This document shows positions 33,601 through 44,447 of a DNA stretch of 64,000 nucleotides, piece by piece. The notes under the pieces were generated by a model that saw nothing but the letters and a program-made list of their open reading frames with translations, did no database searches and was not told the DNA's origin. A program made the translations under genes and the position numbers. Numbering within the stretch: the stretch's first letter is position 1; the number at the start of each line of letters is the position of its first letter. This DNA comes from Thecamonas trahens ATCC 50062 (Eukaryota; Protista; Apusomonadida): assembly GCF_000142905.1 (NCBI RefSeq), contig NW_013657661.1:62001-126000 (forward strand), written 5' to 3'.

Positions 33601-34689
33601 CATCGATGAGCTCACACTCGATCTCAAAAGGCTTGCCATCGTTAAAGTTGGGCACGGACTCGATAGCCACCACCAGTCCGGGTTCGTCGCCGTCACGCTC
33701 AAGAACTGTCACCACGGTTCCGGGATACCATCGCGCGGTGGCGACAAGAAAACTCTCCACAGACTCGCCCTCCCGCGGAAGCCACGGCGCCATCGGTAGG
33801 TACTGCGCCGGGCGCAGCTCGGTAAGGCTCGCGGCCACCGTCCGTGACTTTCCCACCAGCGCCACCCGGCAATCCTCGGTCTCGTCGTCGATGGCTACCA
33901 GCGTCCCAAGATACCACTCGCCGGTCTTGGGTCCGTCACATCGAGTAAGTCTCCCTCAATCGGCAGCCACTCTTCGAGGCTCTCAGCATCGGCACCAATC
34001 CGCCCACGGACATGCCACCGAGGAAGGACCACCTCGGTGTCGCTCTTGTCGACCGCCACCACCACCGAGTGGGTGGCCGGTGAGACCCGAACAATGCGCC
34101 CGGCCACCCACTCGTCCTTACCGACCCGCGCATCGACCTTGGTGTTGAGCAGCTCGTTCCACTGCGCCGCGCCGCTGGAGCCCGCCACCGCCACTGATGC
34201 CACCGCCTCTGCATCCAGGCCAGCATCGAGCCCGGCCCGACTGCCCTCGCTCTGCGCCGCCGTCGAATCGGTCTCAGCCAACGTCCCTGATGATGCCAAC
34301 GACACCAAAGACGTCGAAGACGCCGATCTTGCTCCTCGCTTGCTCGGCCCTGCTGCCGACACCGACCCGACCAGCGCTTTGGGGGCCTCTGTTGGCGAGC
34401 ACGGTTCGTCGTCGCGCTCGCCACCGCCGGCGCCACTGTCCGCGCCCGAGCTCACGCCCGCACGTGCTGCTGCGTCCGTAGCGAGAGGCTCAAGAGCAGA
34501 GTTGCTCTCCAGAGTGCCTGCAGCCACCGGGCGGAGCTCGTCGAGGAACAACATCTCCTCATCATCGTAGCCGTCAAAGGCGACCATGAATCCGCCCGAC
34601 TCATCGTCGGTGGCGGTCACCTCCCCAGGGTACCAACCAAAGTCTATAAAGCCCTCGACCCGCTCGCCCACACGCGGCTCCCACTCCAT
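30638..34689 (-). CDS. Multi-Tudor-like domain protein (about 9 repeats) with RGG box and coiled coil; four single-base frame breaks (~33930, ~32440, ~31782, ~31543)
   Basis: Repeats W-x-P-x-x-G-x-x-V-[ED]...WY-P-[GA]-x-V...V-x-FDGY; breaks at 33930 and 32440 cut through a repeat (DPKTGEWYLGTLV, GDWYPATVQQV); the two 3' joins rest on codon usage only. Confidence 0.75.
31615..31680. repeat. Perfect 33-bp tandem duplication within coding sequence (APVAPRRSTRG x2)
   Basis: tccgcgcgtggaacgccgcggagccactggcgc twice. Confidence 0.9.
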
Positions 34690-34868
34690 GCTCCCTCACT
34701 CGTGCCCTTTGGTGCCTTGCTACCTCCTCGCCACTTGTCGTGCTCCTGCCTACCGCTTGCTCCTGCCTGCCTGCCTCCGCACCTCGCCGCCCGCTCGGCC
34801 AAAGAGTCGAGTGCAGCACACCACACCTGCCGAGCCATGGTGCCGCATTTACCTTTCGCCACGCCGCA

Positions 34869-37800
34869 CTACGTCGACGACCCGTCGGACGAACCGCTGC
34901 CGACGCCGCCCTCGCCTCCGCCGGCAGTGGTTGAGCTCTCGTCGAGCGTGGTCTTGCGCGGAGTATACGGGCGGTCAAAGATGCCGGCCGACGAGTTCAT
35001 GTCGGACGCCATGAGAAAGTCGTCAAACGCGCCTGTGTTTGCAAACGCTGGGTTGTCAGCGACCACGTCCTCGTTGGAGGGCATGTCGATCTCGCCACCG
35101 GTCTCCATCGTGTCGCCGAGCGAGTCGTTCATCGGAATGTCGTCGCGTTTTCAGCAGCTGGCGGCCGGTGCCGCGCCTGTGTCATGTACAGCACCTCCAG
35201 CGCCGCCTCCAGCGCCACGGCAGCTTCGGGATCAATGTCCGGTACCTCCTTGGCGAGATGCGCCGCGAGACGCGCTGCACGGTCTGACGTCGACGAGTAC
35301 TTGAGGCTTCGCGACTGCCGGATGTGAACCACGTCACGGTAGATCGAGTAGACCACAATGCCAAAGAGAGCGGCGAGCGCGAGCATGACGCCGACAAAGA
35401 ACAGATCCCCGGTACCGCTCTGTGCCTCGCGCTCGGCGTACGAGCCGACGCCGAGAAGAAGAAAAACGACAAGCATGAGTGTGAGCTGAAAGTCGACCTC
35501 GTTGTAAAGCGGGTAAAAGTAAGGCTTGTACCGGAGAACAAAGAACGCATACGAGAGAAGGACCACCACCATCAGGCCCGACTGGACGAGCTGTCGACCC
35601 GAGAAAAAGACCGCAGCAACGACCAGTGCCAGTCGCTTGCCAAGATCCGCCACGCCGACCCAGTAGTACGGGATGCGGAAGAGCCGGTAGAGCGCACCGT
35701 ACCGTGCGTACGTCAGCGGTGTGAAGAGCTCATGCCGCCGCCCGATCACGCACGCAATCGAGTACACTGGCACGCCGACGACAAATGAGATGAGCGCCGC
35801 CAGACCCAGCGGGAACGCTGTCCACCACCGCGAGTCAAAGCACGCCACGCCCGGGTCGGCGTCAAGCACAAAGTCGACCGAGCCTGGTAGCCTCGTGCAG
35901 TCAAACAGCGCCACCACAGCCCGCGCCATCGGAATGTACGTTACAGGCGCTACCGAGAAGATGACAGAGTCCATGATGGTGGCCAGAGGCACAAACTCGA
36001 GCGGCGCAAAGACCGTCCAGCGCCCGCCAAAGTACTTGAGCATGATGACTCCGGCCACAATGAGAACAAGAAGGAGGAACGGGATCGTGACCGAGAGCAC
36101 GTAAAGCCCGTAGAATCCGACAGAACACTCGGACGCCGTCAGTGAGAGATCCACGTTGGCCGCGTTGAACAGCGAGAGCGCAGACTTGGCCCGCGAGTCC
36201 CACCCAAAGTCAGAGTCCGACACAATGCCCACGACCTGGAACGCCACCACCGCCATCGACACCGTCGCCGGCACGTTGATCCGCCGAATCGCTGCCATGG
36301 TACCCGTCCCGGAAATCGTGGTTGTCTGCGCCGTCCGATACGCAATCGTCAACGCTGCTCCGATGGCAATCACCATGATCGCCACAAACACCCCGATGAC
36401 GCCAACAGACGCTACCAGCGGGCACTTGGCGCAGTTGTCCGTCGGGTCGGTGTAGTAGCCCGAAGAGCACTCGTTGCACATGTAGTCCTCGTACCCGACG
36501 TTGCACACTCCTGCGCCCGCGCATCCACCCGACCGCCGACACCGCACAAACTCGGTGATCGGGTTGGTCTTGGAGGGATAGAAGCCCTTGGCCGCCTCCG
36601 GCAGCGCCACTCCTCCCGGGCATCGCCCGCCCTCGGGGCACGCCACGCAGGCCACGTCCGTCCGCCCCGTCAGCGTGTAGAAGTTCTCCTTGCAAACACA
36701 CGGCGTGGTCGAGACAATCACAACCGCCCCATCAACCCCAGTCGTCGTGTTCGTCCTAGCCAGCCGAATCGTGTTCGCTGGGCAAAGCGGAATCGCCTCG
36801 CACGTGCCGCCCGACGTATCGTCTGAGAACGAGCCTGCCGAGCAGAACGCACACCGGAGCTCATCGCCAAACGGCGAGACCCGACCCTTGCCCGGCGGGC
36901 AGAGCGTGACATTGACATACACGCTTGTTTCGGGGAGCTCGGCCCCGCTCACCCCGCGGACGCTGACGTCCAGTCGGAACAACCGCCCGGTCACGCTCGG
37001 CACGCTCGGCACGCTCACCGCAATCACCAGCGGGCTAAGCGATGCCTGCCCGGTCGCAGCATCAAACGCCGCTCCGGTCTGGAGGTTCTCCAGCACGCTC
37101 TCGGGCTCGGTCGTCGTCACCAGCGCCACCATCCCAGCCTCGGTCGCCACCGCCCCGTACGCATCGCGCACTTCGAGCAGCCCGCTTCCGAGCGCTTCAC
37201 CAGACACGACCGCTGCTGGCAACGTTCCGTCCACGGGCGCCAGTGTCACAGGCGGTGTGCGAAGCACAACCTCACCTCCGCTCGCACCCGTGCGGTCCAC
37301 AAACCACGCGGCAGGTGGCGCGTCGCTTGCGCCCGAAGGCACGCAGTGCATGACGCTGCCGGTCACAAGCCCGCTCGTGTCTGCCGCGGATACCACAGCG
37401 TCGCACACAAAGCCAAGACTGCCAAACGGAGCAACACAATCGGTCACTGAAGCCGAATCATTGAGCACAAACGCGCCCGCGCTCGGTACCAGCGGTACGC
37501 TCTGTCCGCGGATCACAGCTGTCGACTCGACCGTAGATGGCCAGCTGTAGCCCTTGGCCACGCTTGCCAGTCCGCCGCCAAACCCAGCAGTGCAACTCGT
37601 GATCGCTGTGCTCCCAGAGAGCACAATCGATGTGCTGCCCTCGGCCCCACGCACCGCCAGCCCACCGCCGGCCACGCCGGCCGAGTTGCCGACAATCGTC
37701 GCGTCGACAAGCGAGATGTCGGCGCTCTCGGCTGCCGACGTCACAAGAAGTGCACCGCCGACACCGCTCGGTGCCACGTTTTGCTCCAGCCGCGAGCTCC

Positions 37801-40654
37801 CGGTCACCGCAAGCTGACTGTTGGGCCCCATGACAGCCACCGCGCCGCCACCACCGCCGACCGCGCCGAGCCCGTGTGCTGTGTTGCGCAGAAACACAGT
37901 ATCGCGTGCCTCAAACCGTGGACCGAGGCCAACGAGGCCGACTGCGCCCCCGGCTAGCCGCGCCGTGTTGTCGGCAAAGACGCAGCTGCGCGCGAGGAGG
38001 TACGCGCCCTCGGCCACAATCACGCCAGCGCCGATGCCGCTGAATGCCTGTGAAGGGCCCGAGTTGGCATTCGACGCACCTTGCACCGTCACATTGGTCA
38101 GCCGCAACACGCCCGAGCTCCCGCTCACCTGCAGAAACGAGCCGTCGGTCACTCCGGCGCCAAAGGTACCACGCGAGAAGACTACGTTATTCGCAGCGAG
38201 CACACCCTGGGTCGAGAGCAACGAGCCGCCTGTGGGGCCACAGTCAAACTGCGCAGGCTGACCTGCGTCGCCGGCAAGCATCACCACCGACGACGCAGGC
38301 AGGCTGATGCCAAATCGCTTGGAGCACGACCGAAGTTGCGCTCCCGGTGCAAACTCAACTCGGCGCGAGAAGCAGAGCGAAAACATGGCGCTCGAGAGCT
38401 CATGGGTGGAAAAGTTGCCCGAGACTTGGGTCACTCGCTGGCCCACATCCGAGAGCATCGCATTGCGGGTCCAAACCCTGAACGGTGCGTTTGCAAACGA
38501 GCTGAACATGACATCCATGAACAAATCGCCGTTGAGGTCGGCAAGTGCCACCGAGTAAAAGCCAGCCGACGGCAGCGACGCCACCGTGAGCGCGTTGGCC
38601 AAGAAGCCGCCAGTGCCGTCGTTGAACACGATAGCGACGCTCGTGCCGCCGGCAAGAACCAAATCAGGCGCGAGGTCGTCGTCGATCCGGCCGGCGGCCA
38701 GCGCAAACGGTGCAAAGGCCACAGGAGCCGAAGGGGCCGGAGAAAACGTCGTTCCACCCTGTGCAAACAGCGCGGTCACTACGTTTGGCCCGCTGCTACC
38801 AACCGCAATGTCCAGCCGGCCGTCCAAGTTAAAGTCGGCGAGCGCGAGGCCGGTCGGTGCCGTAGCCGTCACCGAGACTGCGCCGGATGTGGTGAGCCCG
38901 CCGGGAGCTCCGGGCACAATGGCAACAAAAAGCGGGCTGTTGCCGGCGACGACAAGATCGTCCAGCCCGTCGCCAGTCACGTCACCCATTCGCGCATGGC
39001 GCGTAAAGGCAGACGAGAGGCCAAGATCGACCGGTGGAGCAAACGTTCCGCCCAGGTTGAGGTAAAAGCTCGGCGAGTTGTTGATCAGACGGCCGTGAAC
39101 AATGTCGACAAGACCATCATGGTTGATGTCGGCCACTACGATCGGGCCAAAGACGTTGCTGGCAATGGCCACCGGTTCGTCAAACTGGCCGCGGCCGAGG
39201 TTACGGGCCCAGTACAGGCCAGAGGTTGCGCCGGTCCATACCAGGTCAACGTCGCCGTTGTTGTCGATGTCGCCAGGCGCAATGCTGTAGATGGTCGTTG
39301 CCGAGGCACCCGACGCCACAACCTGCGGCACCGAGGAAAATGTGCCCGACCCGTCGTTGGCAATCCACACAACCTCGGCCTCGTCATTGTCGGCAAAAAT
39401 AATGTCAGGCGCGGCGTCGCCGTTGAGGTCGGCAGCAAGGACGATGTAGGTCTTAAGGTTGTCGTAAATGGTCGGACTGGCTGCAAACTGCATGTCGTCG
39501 GCCTCCGTCACATTGTTGGAGTACCAAATCACGCCGTCGCCGTAGCCGATGACAACATCGACGAGGCCATCGCCGTTGATCTCACCCAGCACGACGCCCG
39601 GAATGGTGGCGCTGGTGACGGGAATCTCCAGCTGAGCGCCAAAAGTAGTGGCGCCCGAATTGAGAGAAACAGTAGCAGTATCCGCGCGCGATGTGACCAG
39701 GTCCAGAGCGCCGTCGCCGTTGGCATCGCCGACCACGAGAGACGCCGTGTCGATGCTGATGTCAAGCACTTTCCGGTTGACCGTCGACATGGCGCCGCCG
39801 CCAAGACCCTCAATGAGCCACGCTCCACCGGACAGACGCGTCGTGATAATGTCTACGACACCGTCATTGGTGAGGTCTGCCACAACCAGGCCTTCGACAT
39901 CGGCTGGCGGTGCCACAACAGACTTCAAGTTGGCAGGAAAGCCTCCTGTCCCGTCGTTGCGCCACAGCAGCGTGTCCAGGCCCAACCCAGTCAACACCAG
40001 GTCGTCGAGACCGCTCCCGTCCACGTCGGCCACGGCCACAAACTTGCCACTGCAGGCCAGGCTCAAGCCGAGAGAAAAGCCACCACTGCCGGTGTTGGTG
40101 TAGATGCGGACTTCTCCACTGCTGAAAACGACAACAATGTCGTCGTACGCATCGGCGTTGATCTTGCCCGCGCCGAGGTCCTCCATAACCAACGCGGTAG
40201 AGATTTCCACGCCGGGGGCAAACAATCCCGAGCCGTTGTTGAACACTGCGGTGGCCTCCGTAATGTGAAAGATAGCAAGATCGTTGGCCAAGCCCTCTCC
40301 ATCAAAGTCAGCCACCACCGGTGATCGATGCTTGCCAGCAGTCTTACTCACGAGTACGAGCTCTGGAGCGCCGGTAAAGTCACCTGGCGTCACTGGCGGA
40401 CAATAAAGTCTGAGCCCAGCAGGACTCGTACCGGTGCCAACCACTGCCACACACGCCATGCTTCCCACTCTAACAACGGCCGGAATAGAAGCATACCCAT
40501 TCCCGTAACCAGAGACCACAGTCGTTGCGGTAAGTGGCTCGAAGGAGAGCTTGCACTTTTGCCCGGACACGGAGAGCAAGACCGACGACAAGGTAGCAAC
40601 GAGGACGACCACAACCACCGCCAGGGTCTCTCCCACAGGGCGCATAGGGACCAT
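34869..40654 (-). CDS. Large cell-surface protein: FG-GAP/VCBS repeats, Pmp-like GGA beta-helix, Cys-rich repeats, multi-pass TM domain; frame break at ~35150 before the cytoplasmic tail
   Basis: Signal peptide; many D-x-[ND]-x-DG-x-x-D motifs; F-x-x-N-x-A...GGA repeats; CPPG/CSAGSF/CPEGGRCPG; hydrophobic C-terminal helices with DPGVACF and YGALYRLF. Confidence 0.85.
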
Positions 40655-41041
40655 GAACAGAGGGGGAGAGGGGGGACAAGTAATGGCTGTGGAGAGAGAG
40701 GAGAAGAGGGCGACGGGAGGGGAGGGGAGGGGAAGAGGGGGAGGGGGAGGGGGAGGGGGAGTGGCTGGTGAGAAGGAGGACGAGCTGGGAATGACTACAC
40801 GCGTGCATTGGCAACGACTGCGCATGCCCGGGTGGGGGGGGGGGGGGGGGGGGGAGATAAAATTTTGTACTGGCGGAAGATGGCTCGGTCTACCGGGTCG
40901 CTGACCTTCTTCTGCCCGTTCGGCGCCAAGTTGGTGTCGAACCCAACCGACACGGGCCAAGGCGTAGGTAGTGCTGGGCACCTCGCAGGCAGATGGTGGT
41001 CAACACCTGGCGCGGAAAGAGCATTTGCTGGGTTGGTGGAT

Positions 41042-43900
41042 ATGGACGGGTTTGAGCTGTCGTCATCGTCGGCGTCAGCCATGGGCCTTCCCTACGCCTC
41101 GCCACCTCCGCCACGGTCGTCGTCAGAGGTGGTGGGCCGAGGACGGGGCTCGGCACGGGGTTCAGGACGCGGCCATACAACGGCTGGCGGATACGGTACT
41201 GGGGCAGCGGCTGGAGTAGCGGCTGGCTTGGACATGGTGCTCACTTCGTCGGATGATGACGGCCTGCTCGCGGCGCCTGGTGGGGGCACCGATCCTTTTG
41301 CTGTCTCGCACTCGCCGCCGCCGTCACCGTCACCCACGCCAGCGCCGGCCGGCGACTATGCTGCGGTTGATGCGCTCAACGACCGCGAGTTGGCGAGTGT
41401 GGCCGGAGCCGGCGAGGACGAGATACTGGGTCAAGTGGCGTGGGATGATGTCGATGCGCAGATCACGGCACTGACCGACGGAGTGTTTGAGGCCGAGGTG
41501 ACGGTCTCGTCTGGGGCTGGGCCGATTGAGGCGCGGCTTCGGGTGACAGCGTCAGGGCTGGTTCTGACGCGGAGTGGAGCGGGCCCTGCCGCGGGCGACG
41601 TGCTGCTCAAGGCGCGATTTCCGCTGACCGGGCCGATTGACGGCCCGCGGGTGGTCCGTGTGACTCCGATGGCCGAGTCGGAGACGGCAGTTGTAATGCG
41701 CGTGCCGCCTGCGCGCGGGACTGGTCCGCCGACATCATTTTCGCTGTATACGCTCGACGCCGCGACGCGGACAACCCTCTGCACAGCGATTGACTCGTTT
41801 CAGGTGCAGGTCCTGGCGGCACACGCCAACGAGCTTGCCGCCGAGTCGCGGTTTCTCGATGACCCATACGAGATCGCAGAGCAGGAGGCGGCAGCGGCGG
41901 CGGCAGCGCGCGCGGCGGCGTCGCGGTCGATCATCTGGTCGCAGGACGCGCCCGGCTCACCAGGCTCATCAGGCCGGGTCCTGGCCGTCGATGAGGGCGA
42001 CCGCGAGGTGGATCCGTTTGACCTGGGTACGCGGCGCGAGGCACTTGTGGTCGAACCCGACGCGGTCGACGAGACACTGCTCACTACGCTTCCGGGCCCG
42101 CACATGGCGGCCGTGGTTGATCAGGCGCTGGCACAGTACAAGGAGCAAGTGCGGGCGGACGTGCAGCAGCTCAAGCGTGAGCTTGCCAAAAAGTACCGCA
42201 AGTCCAACGCCGAGCTCATTGCCAAGCTCAAGGACAAGGTGATCAAGGATGCCAAGAAGACGGGAGCACTGCAGCTCTCGCTGGCAGGCTTTGGGCTGAC
42301 GGCGTGGCCTGAGGCCATCACCTCGTGGTCACTGCGGCACTCGTCGTGGAAGACGAACCTACTGGTCCTCGACATTTCAAACAACTGCCTGACGGTGCTT
42401 CCGTCGGCGATCGGGCGGCTCACTTCGCTGCGAGTCCTCGACGTCGGCTACAACGCGCTGACGGCGCTTCCGTCCTCCATTTCGTCGCTGACTTCGCTTA
42501 CGGTTCTTCAAGCGCAGCACAACAAGCTACTCTCACTCACCAACGGCATCGGTGGCGTGCGGGCGCTCAAGCGGCTCTCGCTGGCAGGCAACGCCATCCG
42601 GATGTTTCCGCCCGAGCTGCAGTTTCTTTCACGGCTGGAGGAGCTCGACTTGAGCTCGATGGATTTGTTCCGGGCACCCGAGTGGATTGCGCTCTTTCCG
42701 CTCCTCCGCTCGCTCAACCTCGAGTCGAACCACTTGCAGACCCTGCCCGGCGTGCTCATGCGGCTGGGCTCGCTCGACACTGTTGGGCTTGCGCACAACA
42801 ACTTGACGACGTTCCCGCCGGTCCTCACTGCGTGTCGCAGCCTCACCGGCGTCGACCTCTCCTTCAACGGCTTGGAGGACTTGCCCGACACGGTGGTCAA
42901 GCTCTCAGCGGCCGAAGTCTTGCTGGAGGGCAATCCGCTGTCGCGGCTACCGGAGCGACTCCGCGACGGCCCGTGGGCCGCGGTCGTCTCGTACGTCCGC
43001 GACCCAATGGCATGGCTTGCGACCGAACAAGGTCGGACGCCGACGGCGCGCTCGCCAATCGCGGTTCCGGGTTCGCCGGCGGCACTTTGCGCCACATCGC
43101 CATCGCGAGCAGTGGCCGAAGTCGCGACCGAGCTCTCGCTGCTCCAATCGCGGCTAGCCATGCTTCCGGACCTTGACGAGCTCGGAGTGACAAACGAGGC
43201 CGATCGAGACGGCGTGGAAATGACCTCACTGTCGCCGCCGAGCTCGTCCAAGTTTGATCGGGTCATTCGGGTTGTCTCACGCGAGCCCACAGTTGTGGAG
43301 GAGGTTCTGGAGCCAGAGCTCGAGCCAGAACCTGTACATAAGGCCAAGGCCGATGCGGCGCCGCCGATGACAGCTGACAAGCGAGTGAGGATGGGGAGGA
43401 GGAGCAGTCGGGCTGCATCGCCGGTGCCGATAGTGCAGGCGGCGCAGCCGCCGCCACCGACGCTCCAGATTCCACGCGGAGCAGAGAACATGCCGCCGCA
43501 GAGAGACGGAAGCACGCGCTTGCCCGAGAGAGGACGGTCGATGTCGAAGACGGTGACGTTTTCGCCGCATCCAGGCGCGAGGCACAGGACAGGGCAGCGG
43601 TCACCATCGGCACCAGATGCGTGGCCGTCGTCGCTGGCGCTCTCGGGCGTGGCGCACGCCGACGCCGACTCGTCAGTGGAGACGGCAGATCTGTTGTACT
43701 CGTCGTACTCGGACGACGACGTCGGCGCGATGAGAAGCCGAGTCGAGTACGGGCTGGCAGATGCGGTGCCGCGGGCGGTGCCAGCCGATGTTTCTGTAGT
43801 GGTTGCGGAAGAGCGGGCGCTGTACGCGTCGATCCGTGCGTCGCTCGTCAACACGATGCACTCGCTGGAAGCAGCTGCCGGCGAGCGGTGGGGTGAATAG
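41042..43900 (+). CDS. Leucine-rich repeat protein with disordered termini
   Basis: About 10 LxxLxLxxNxLxxLP repeats (LDISNNCLTVLP, LDVGYNALTALP, LNLESNHLQTLP), capped by LEGNPL. Confidence 0.85.
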   Translation: MDGFELSSSSASAMGLPYASPPPPRSSSEVVGRGRGSARGSGRGHTTAGGYGTGAAAGVAAGLDMVLTSSDDDGLLAAPGGGTDPFAVSHSPPPSPSPTPAPAGDYAAVDALNDRELASVAGAGEDEILGQVAWDDVDAQITALTDGVFEAEVTVSSGAGPIEARLRVTASGLVLTRSGAGPAAGDVLLKARFPLTGPIDGPRVVRVTPMAESETAVVMRVPPARGTGPPTSFSLYTLDAATRTTLCTAIDSFQVQVLAAHANELAAESRFLDDPYEIAEQEAAAAAAARAAASRSIIWSQDAPGSPGSSGRVLAVDEGDREVDPFDLGTRREALVVEPDAVDETLLTTLPGPHMAAVVDQALAQYKEQVRADVQQLKRELAKKYRKSNAELIAKLKDKVIKDAKKTGALQLSLAGFGLTAWPEAITSWSLRHSSWKTNLLVLDISNNCLTVLPSAIGRLTSLRVLDVGYNALTALPSSISSLTSLTVLQAQHNKLLSLTNGIGGVRALKRLSLAGNAIRMFPPELQFLSRLEELDLSSMDLFRAPEWIALFPLLRSLNLESNHLQTLPGVLMRLGSLDTVGLAHNNLTTFPPVLTACRSLTGVDLSFNGLEDLPDTVVKLSAAEVLLEGNPLSRLPERLRDGPWAAVVSYVRDPMAWLATEQGRTPTARSPIAVPGSPAALCATSPSRAVAEVATELSLLQSRLAMLPDLDELGVTNEADRDGVEMTSLSPPSSSKFDRVIRVVSREPTVVEEVLEPELEPEPVHKAKADAAPPMTADKRVRMGRRSSRAASPVPIVQAAQPPPPTLQIPRGAENMPPQRDGSTRLPERGRSMSKTVTFSPHPGARHRTGQRSPSAPDAWPSSLALSGVAHADADSSVETADLLYSSYSDDDVGAMRSRVEYGLADAVPRAVPADVSVVVAEERALYASIRASLVNTMHSLEAAAGERWGE

Positions 43901-44447
43901 CGCGGCAAAGTTGGTTGGCTGGTGCCGTTAAACCTTAACGGTACGGTCGTTCGGACGCGTTGTCGCCCGTCTTAAAGTGAACAACTCGATAATGCTTGAC
44001 TTCCAGGTCACCGGCCGGCGCTACGCGACGCTCGCTTGGCCTGCGGCTGGAGATGGGAGGCGCGCCCGCACGTGATGGCGGTGACGGACGCCTGGGAGCA
44101 TGCGTGAGGCGCGCGAGGTGCGCGAGGTGCCGGACGGCGCCGATCCGGGGGAGCGGCGGGCGCGGACGGTGCGGAGCTTGTCGTTGACGACCCCGACGAC
44201 CGCGAAGGAGATCATGGCATAGTTGAATACTGCAGCCGGACGGGAGAGCGCGAAGACGTTGTGGATCTTCTTGCGACGGACGAGCTTGCCGGTCGGTGTG
44301 GCCGCGCAATTGTGGCACGCCATTCTTGTACTGGATACTCTTTTACATCATTTCATAGACGTTGCGACGTCTGTGGAGCATCGCGAGCGCGGCTTGCGCG
44401 ATGGACAGCTTTGTCCATTCCGTACCGTAAAGGGTCAAAGAGTTACT

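Noticed and set aside
38081-40324. 747-aa plus-strand ORF and similar long overlapping ORFs (6566..8278, 28375..30354, 55820..57973, 42508..43908)
   Set aside because: Antisense or off-frame shadows of real genes caused by high GC3; low-complexity translations with no domains
43935-44323. Short minus-strand ORFs between the LRR gene and CUL3
   Set aside because: Some coding-like codon use but no recognisable domain; cannot be supported as a gene
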